Source of the DNA: an uncultured Clostridia bacterium
Lineage (GTDB): Bacteria; Bacillota; Clostridia; Christensenellales; CAG-917
DNA length: 64,000 nt
Direction of reading: 5' to 3'
NCBI GenBank assembly: GCA_947589395.1
Contig: CANQAA010000001.1
Coordinates: 449-64,448, forward strand
Shown here: positions 59,469 to 64,000 of the stretch, piece after piece
Numbering within the stretch: position 1 is the first letter of the stretch
Layout: the number at the start of each line of letters is the position of its first letter
Position numbers and translations under genes: made by a program
The notes under the pieces: model-generated
Told to the model about the DNA's origin: nothing
Seen by the model: the letters and a program-made list of their open reading frames with translations, nothing else
Databases searched by the model: none

Positions 59469-60815
59469 TCAATAGACGCCTTGCGCGAGCATGGCTTCCG
59501 CGACTTTCTTGAAGCCCGCCAGGTTTGCGCCCGCGACGAGGTTGTACGGCATGGAGTAAGACTCGAGCGTGTCGCAGATCTTCGCGTGGATGTTTGCCAT
59601 GATGTTTTTGAGTTGAGCGTCGACCTCTTCCTTCGACCAGCTCAGGCGCTCGCTGTTTTGGGACATTTCAAGTCCGCTCGTTGCCACGCCGCCCGCGTTG
59701 ACCGCCTTCGAGGGCGCGACGAGCACTCCGTGAGATTGCAAATACGCGATAGCCTCGTTTGTGGAGGGCATGTTGGAGACTTCGTTGAGCACGGGCACGC
59801 CAAGCTCGACCATCTTTTTTGCGTCCTCGAGCAAAATTTCGTTTTGCGTCGCGCAGGGCATATATATGTCCGCTTTGACGTTGCCCCATACCTTCTTTCC
59901 GGGCACGAACTCGCAGCCGAACTTGTCGGAGTAGTCCTGCACGCGGTTGCGGTTGGAAGAGCGCATTTTCAGCATGAAGTCGATCTTTTCGCCCGACACG
60001 CCGTCCCTGTCCACGATGTAGCCGTCCGGGCCGGAAAGCGTGATGACCTTGCCGCCGAGCTCGGTGATCTTTTTTGCCGCGCCCCACGCCACGTTGCCAA
60101 AGCCGCTGAGGCAGAAGGTCTTGCCCTTGACGCTCTCATGCTCGTGCTTCAAAACTTCGCTGAGGAAATAGGTTGCGCCAAAGCCCGTAGCTTCGGGACG
60201 AATGAGCGAGCCGCCGTAGCTCAAGCCCTTGCCGGTGATCACGCCGTTTTCGTAGTCGCCGACGATCTTTTTGTACTGTCCGAACAAAAAGCCTATCTCC
60301 CTTGCGCCGACGCCGATGTCGCCTGCGGGCACGTCGAGGTTGGGACCGATGTGACGATAAAGCTCGTTCATGAACGCCTGGCAAAAGCGCATGATCTCGC
60401 GATCGGACTTGCCCGTCGGGTCAAAGTCGCTGCCGCCCTTCGCGCCGCCCATAGGCAGGGAAGTGAGCGAGTTTTTGAAGGTCTGCTCAAAGGCGAGGAA
60501 CTTCATCGTGTCAAGGTTGACGTCCTTGTGGAAGCGCAAACCGCCCTTGTACGGGCCGATAGCGTTGTTGTGCTGGATCCTGTAGCCGCGATTGACGTGA
60601 TATGCGCCGTTGTCGTCCTCCCAGACCACGCGGAACATGATCTGACGGTCGGGTTCAACGAGCCTCTCGAGAATGGAAAAACGACGAAGCTCGGCTTCTT
60701 GTTGCTCAACTGCGGGCGCGATGGAGGACAAAACCTCGTGCACGGTCTGCATAAATTGAGGCTGGTTGGGATTCTTCTTTTCGGTTGCTTGGATCACATC
60801 TGAAATATAAGACAT
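59469..60815 (-). CDS. gdhA: NADP-specific glutamate dehydrogenase
   Basis: GPYKGGLRFH, LPMGGAKGG and GFGNVAWGAA motifs. Start trimmed to MSYISD. Confidence 0.93.
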   Translation of the reverse strand: MSYISDVIQATEKKNPNQPQFMQTVHEVLSSIAPAVEQQEAELRRFSILERLVEPDRQIMFRVVWEDDNGAYHVNRGYRIQHNNAIGPYKGGLRFHKDVNLDTMKFLAFEQTFKNSLTSLPMGGAKGGSDFDPTGKSDREIMRFCQAFMNELYRHIGPNLDVPAGDIGVGAREIGFLFGQYKKIVGDYENGVITGKGLSYGGSLIRPEATGFGATYFLSEVLKHEHESVKGKTFCLSGFGNVAWGAAKKITELGGKVITLSGPDGYIVDRDGVSGEKIDFMLKMRSSNRNRVQDYSDKFGCEFVPGKKVWGNVKADIYMPCATQNEILLEDAKKMVELGVPVLNEVSNMPSTNEAIAYLQSHGVLVAPSKAVNAGGVATSGLEMSQNSERLSWSKEEVDAQLKNIMANIHAKICDTLESYSMPYNLVAGANLAGFKKVAEAMLAQGVY

Positions 60816-61016
60816 TTTATACCCCCTTTTTTCAGTATAAATATACACCGAGCGAGAGGATTTATCAATAAGGGAGTATGTATATCAAAACAACGGCTTG
60901 TGAGATAAGCCTACAAAAATCAGATATTGTACGAAAAACTTTTTGCCTTTTGCTAAGGCGAGGGAGGGAATTTTTTAACTTGCGGAAAAAATCACGTCGC
61001 GAAATGGGTTCGCCCA

Positions 61017-61045
61017 TATTGACAGCTCTGACTTTTTCGATTAGA
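61017..61045 (+). promoter_or_regulatory. Sigma-A-type promoter for the 61069 membrane-protein gene
   Basis: TTGACA, 17 nt, TAGAAT, then GGGAGG RBS. Confidence 0.5.
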
Positions 61046-61068
61046 ATGACGGTAGGGAGGAAAATTTT

Positions 61069-61893
61069 ATGCTATTTTCACTTTTGGGCGCAAAAGCGCC
61101 CGGCATCACCACGCCTCAGGATCTCGAGCAAGTCATGCAAGATCCGAAGCAACTCAACTGGTACATCGTGCCGATCTTCGTCATCACTTTGTATCTCGTC
61201 TTCAGCGAATGGAAGAAAAAGAACTACAGCGTCGTGCTCGGCGGCGTGGCGTTTTGGCTGATGGACGTCTTCAACGAGACCTGGAACTCGATGGTCTACG
61301 CCACGACCGGGCAGCCCGTTTGGGGAACGACGGCGGCGGGAAACTCCGCGCTTCAGATCCTCGTGGGCTACAACATCGAGATCTCGCTGATGTTCTTGAT
61401 TCTCGGCATGTTCGCGTGCAAGCTGCTCGCCACGACGACGGGATATGAAGGCGTCAAGTTCATGGACGGCAACAAGGATTGGCTGAACGACCCGCACAAC
61501 ATGTATTATAAGGCGAACGTGCTGAATTCCAAACTCACGCCCGAAGAGCGCAAGACGAAGTGCAAAGCCGTGCTCGGCAGGGCCATTCCCGCGATCGTCG
61601 GGTCGATCCTTGCGGTCATCATCGAGATCTTGCTCAACAAGTGCAACGTGCTCACTTGGGAAAAGGATTGGTGGCAACCCGCAATGCCGCTCGTGCTCTT
61701 CCTCATCGGATATTGTCCCTTCTTCTTCGCTGCGGTCTGCGTGCACGACCTGCCAAGAAAGTGGCAATTTGTGGCGATCGGCTGCATTCTGTTTGTCGTG
61801 ATACTTCTTCTCATCATCGCGGGCAGCTTGGGCATGCTCGGCCATCAACTTGACGCAAACGGCGTCTGGGTCGGCAAATTCTACAAACCGTAA
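61069..61893 (+). CDS. Hypothetical polytopic membrane protein
   Basis: 274 aa with multiple TM segments. The antisense 309-aa ORF is Arg/His/Asp-rich and implausible. Confidence 0.65.
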   Translation: MLFSLLGAKAPGITTPQDLEQVMQDPKQLNWYIVPIFVITLYLVFSEWKKKNYSVVLGGVAFWLMDVFNETWNSMVYATTGQPVWGTTAAGNSALQILVGYNIEISLMFLILGMFACKLLATTTGYEGVKFMDGNKDWLNDPHNMYYKANVLNSKLTPEERKTKCKAVLGRAIPAIVGSILAVIIEILLNKCNVLTWEKDWWQPAMPLVLFLIGYCPFFFAAVCVHDLPRKWQFVAIGCILFVVILLLIIAGSLGMLGHQLDANGVWVGKFYKP

Positions 61894-61952
61894 TTTACTC
61901 AAAACCCGCGCTTTAACAAGCAGTTTTAGCGAGATAAAACCCTGTTTTATGC

Positions 61953-61976
61953 AAAAAGCCGCGTTCGCGGCTTTTG
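61953..61976. terminator. Bidirectional intrinsic terminator
   Basis: AAAAA-GCCGC-gttc-GCGGC-TTTT. Confidence 0.65.
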
Positions 61977-62048
61977 CTTTTATTTGATATCGAATTAAAA
62001 TCGTCATTCGAACTTTGTTTGAATGTGACCAAACTTATTTGCGGGACT

Positions 62049-62270
62049 TTATACTTGCTTTTCCTCAAAATCTATGCCGTCGATAAGGTCTTCAAAGTCG
62101 ATGTCGAGGGCGCGAAGGAGGGCGATGACGCTTGACAAGCCGGGCTCGACTTTGTTCAGCTCCCACTGGCTTATTTGCTGTTGCTTGACGCCGATCGCCT
62201 TCGCGAGCTCACCCTGCGACATGCCCTTCGAGAGCCGCTCCGCCTTCAGATTGTCCCCGAATGTTTTCAT
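62049..62270 (-). CDS. XRE-family HTH regulator
   Basis: FGDNLKAERLSKGMSQGELAKAIGVKQQQISQWELNKVEP. Confidence 0.85.
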   Translation of the reverse strand: MKTFGDNLKAERLSKGMSQGELAKAIGVKQQQISQWELNKVEPGLSSVIALLRALDIDFEDLIDGIDFEEKQV

Positions 62271-62411
62271 AATAGTTGACTTTACAATAAATTTAATGTA
62301 TTATGTGAACATACATAATATTTTATGTGAATATCGCAATTTATTCAAAGCGCGTCACAAAAGATAATCAAATGAAAAGCTACGGCAAGAGGGGCAAACA
62401 AAAGAGAAAAT

Positions 62412-62435
62412 AAAAAGCGGGAAAGCCCGCTTTTT
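62412..62435. terminator. Intrinsic terminator downstream of the ABC permease gene
   Basis: AAAAA-GCGGG-aaag-CCCGC-TTTTT. Confidence 0.65.
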
Positions 62436-62578
62436 ATCATATGTATGCGATTTTTTCAAATTTTCTTATTACAGGACGGCAAAATTCGCCATATGCGTCA
62501 AAGCTTTTTTGAAAGCCTCGTTTGCCCGCAATCGGGCAAGCGCGCAAGCCGAAGCGAGGTCGGGGTGAGCATTCACAC

Positions 62579-64000
62579 TCACTCGGAGCGGAGGGCGATG
62601 ACGGGGTCTTTCTTTGCGGCGGATATGGCGGGAATAAAGCCCGCGATCACGGTGAGAAAAATAGAGCCCGCGATAAGCACAAGGGGATGCCACCAGGCAA
62701 GTTGCATCACGCTGCCGATGCCGAGCAGCTTCGAGCAGAGGATGTTGCCGGGATATTGCAATATGAAGGCGATGAGCATGCCAAACAGTCCGGACAGCAG
62801 TCCGAGCACGGCGGTCTCGGCGTTGAAGACGTTGGCTATATCCAACTTTCTTGCGCCCAACGCGCGGAGTATGCCTATCTCCCTCGTCCTGTCCTGCACG
62901 GATATGGACATGATGATAGCAATCAGGAACATCGTGACCACGACCGAGACGAGCGCGATGCCGATGAGAACATATGTTATCAGCGTGACGGTGGAGTGCA
63001 ACTCGGTGACTGTGGAGTCGAGATCGTCGCTGAACTCCACGACGTTGGTCGTGTCAAGCTCCTCGCCCGCCGCGATCCTTGCCGCTTCCTCTCGCGAGAC
63101 TTGCGAGTTGAAGTCCGAAATGAAGCGGGATATGTTCGACTTGTAGTCCACGCTGTTGGCGTAAAAGTATATGCGCTCGGGTTGGTCGAGGTTTCGGACG
63201 TTGACGTAGGCGAGCTGACTGACGTATTGCTCTACGGTCATATCCTCGCCCGTCGTCACGTCGTCGAGCGTGGTCGTGATCGCCTGCGCGAGCCGGGCCT
63301 GCATGTCGGCGGGAAGCTCGGAGGGGGAGAGGTCGTTGTCTTCCATATATTGATATATCTCCGTAACGGCGGCGACCGCTTCAAGGTAGTGTTGATATTG
63401 CTCCTGTTGCGCTTTGACATAGTCGCAGTCGTTTGCGTCCTTTATTATGCTCAAGCCAAGCTCGGAGGAGTAGCCGATGACGCCGTTTATGCAGCCGCTC
63501 ATGCCCTCCTTTGCGCGGAGTATGCCCGAGACGTGCACGGGGATGGAGTGCTCGTCGAGCTGTTGATTTAGCCGCTTCGCGTTGAGCGGGTTGGACCTAT
63601 CCTTCAAGTTGTCGTAGCGCCTCGTGAGCGCGTTATATTGATATGCATAGGACGTGGGAAGCACATAGAACGTGGACTCCTCCTCATTCAGCACGCTCTC
63701 AAAGGTTCGGTCGTATTGCGAGGCGTCCGCCATAGGATTTGTGGCGAGGGTCACGAAGTCTCCAAGCCCCATCTCGTTGAGCGCGAGGGCGTAAAAGTCC
63801 GAGATCTGATTGTAGTCGTTGATGACGAGCACGACCTCGTTCATGTTTTGGGGAAGGTGTCCCGCGAGCACGTCGTATTGGGTGAGAATGGTCTCGTCGC
63901 TGCCGACGAGCTCGTCCCAGAAAGCGAACTGCTCGAGCATGCGGTTTATCTGCTCTCGCATCGCGTCAAACTGACTTCCTCCGCCCACGCCCGCCATCAC
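62579..64000 (-). CDS. ABC transporter permease, FtsX/MacB-like (N-terminus beyond the window)
   Basis: C-terminal FtsX domain: RTREIGILRALGARKLDIANVF...AAKKDPVIALRSE. The ORF is open to the window edge. Confidence 0.85.
   Translation of the reverse strand: MMAGVGGGSQFDAMREQINRMLEQFAFWDELVGSDETILTQYDVLAGHLPQNMNEVVLVINDYNQISDFYALALNEMGLGDFVTLATNPMADASQYDRTFESVLNEEESTFYVLPTSYAYQYNALTRRYDNLKDRSNPLNAKRLNQQLDEHSIPVHVSGILRAKEGMSGCINGVIGYSSELGLSIIKDANDCDYVKAQQEQYQHYLEAVAAVTEIYQYMEDNDLSPSELPADMQARLAQAITTTLDDVTTGEDMTVEQYVSQLAYVNVRNLDQPERIYFYANSVDYKSNISRFISDFNSQVSREEAARIAAGEELDTTNVVEFSDDLDSTVTELHSTVTLITYVLIGIALVSVVVTMFLIAIIMSISVQDRTREIGILRALGARKLDIANVFNAETAVLGLLSGLFGMLIAFILQYPGNILCSKLLGIGSVMQLAWWHPLVLIAGSIFLTVIAGFIPAISAAKKDPVIALRSE

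Noticed and set aside
56134-63571. Further antisense ORFs: 56134-57495(+), 59409-60803(+), 61078-62007(-), 62445-63146(+) and 62522-63571(+).
   Set aside because: They lie opposite the 1119-aa protein, gdhA, a coherent multi-TM protein and the FtsX permease. Their composition is implausible for real proteins.

Overview
The gene content points to a Firmicutes/Clostridia-type chromosome near the replication and segregation genes, on a fairly GC-rich backbone. Recognisable genes include argS, proS, mrnC, rlmB, a sigH-like sigma factor, rpsF-ssb-rpsR, gyrB-gyrA, spo0A, mtnN, rsmG-parA-parB, recF, dnaA, dnaN, yyaC and gdhA. A 12-kb purine operon runs purE-C-F-M-N-purO-AICARFT-purD-purL, with PurH split into separate transformylase and PurO-type cyclohydrolase genes. 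About a fifth of the window has no credible ORF, and most of the unusual signals sit there:

1. A 4.6-kb ORF desert between spo0A and mtnN carries three parS sites with a co-conserved flanking dyad. It also holds an array of about 17 dyad units spaced 18-20 bp apart, and a roughly 0.9-kb purine-skewed stretch.
2. A 10-bp-phased array of about 24 TGTCGA (Spo0A-box-like) units lies inside the pur operon. Smaller phased copies lie upstream of spo0A and of a membrane-protein gene.
3. Mosaic hairpin-module repeats at 1-805 and 53400-54330 are in inverted orientation and bracket the whole region.
4. A 220-bp tandem repeat is derived from the 3' end of tRNA-Asn.
5. An AT-rich 3-kb islet (30.6-33.6 kb) encodes XRE, ImmA, DUF4417, a basic toxin-like protein and two acidic small proteins. 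This is my best protein-coding candidate for an uncharacterised conflict system.

In addition, dnaA is inverted relative to dnaN and recF, appears leaderless, and the best DnaA-box cluster lies upstream of dnaN. All calls rest on reading the sequence and recalling protein families; no searches were run.
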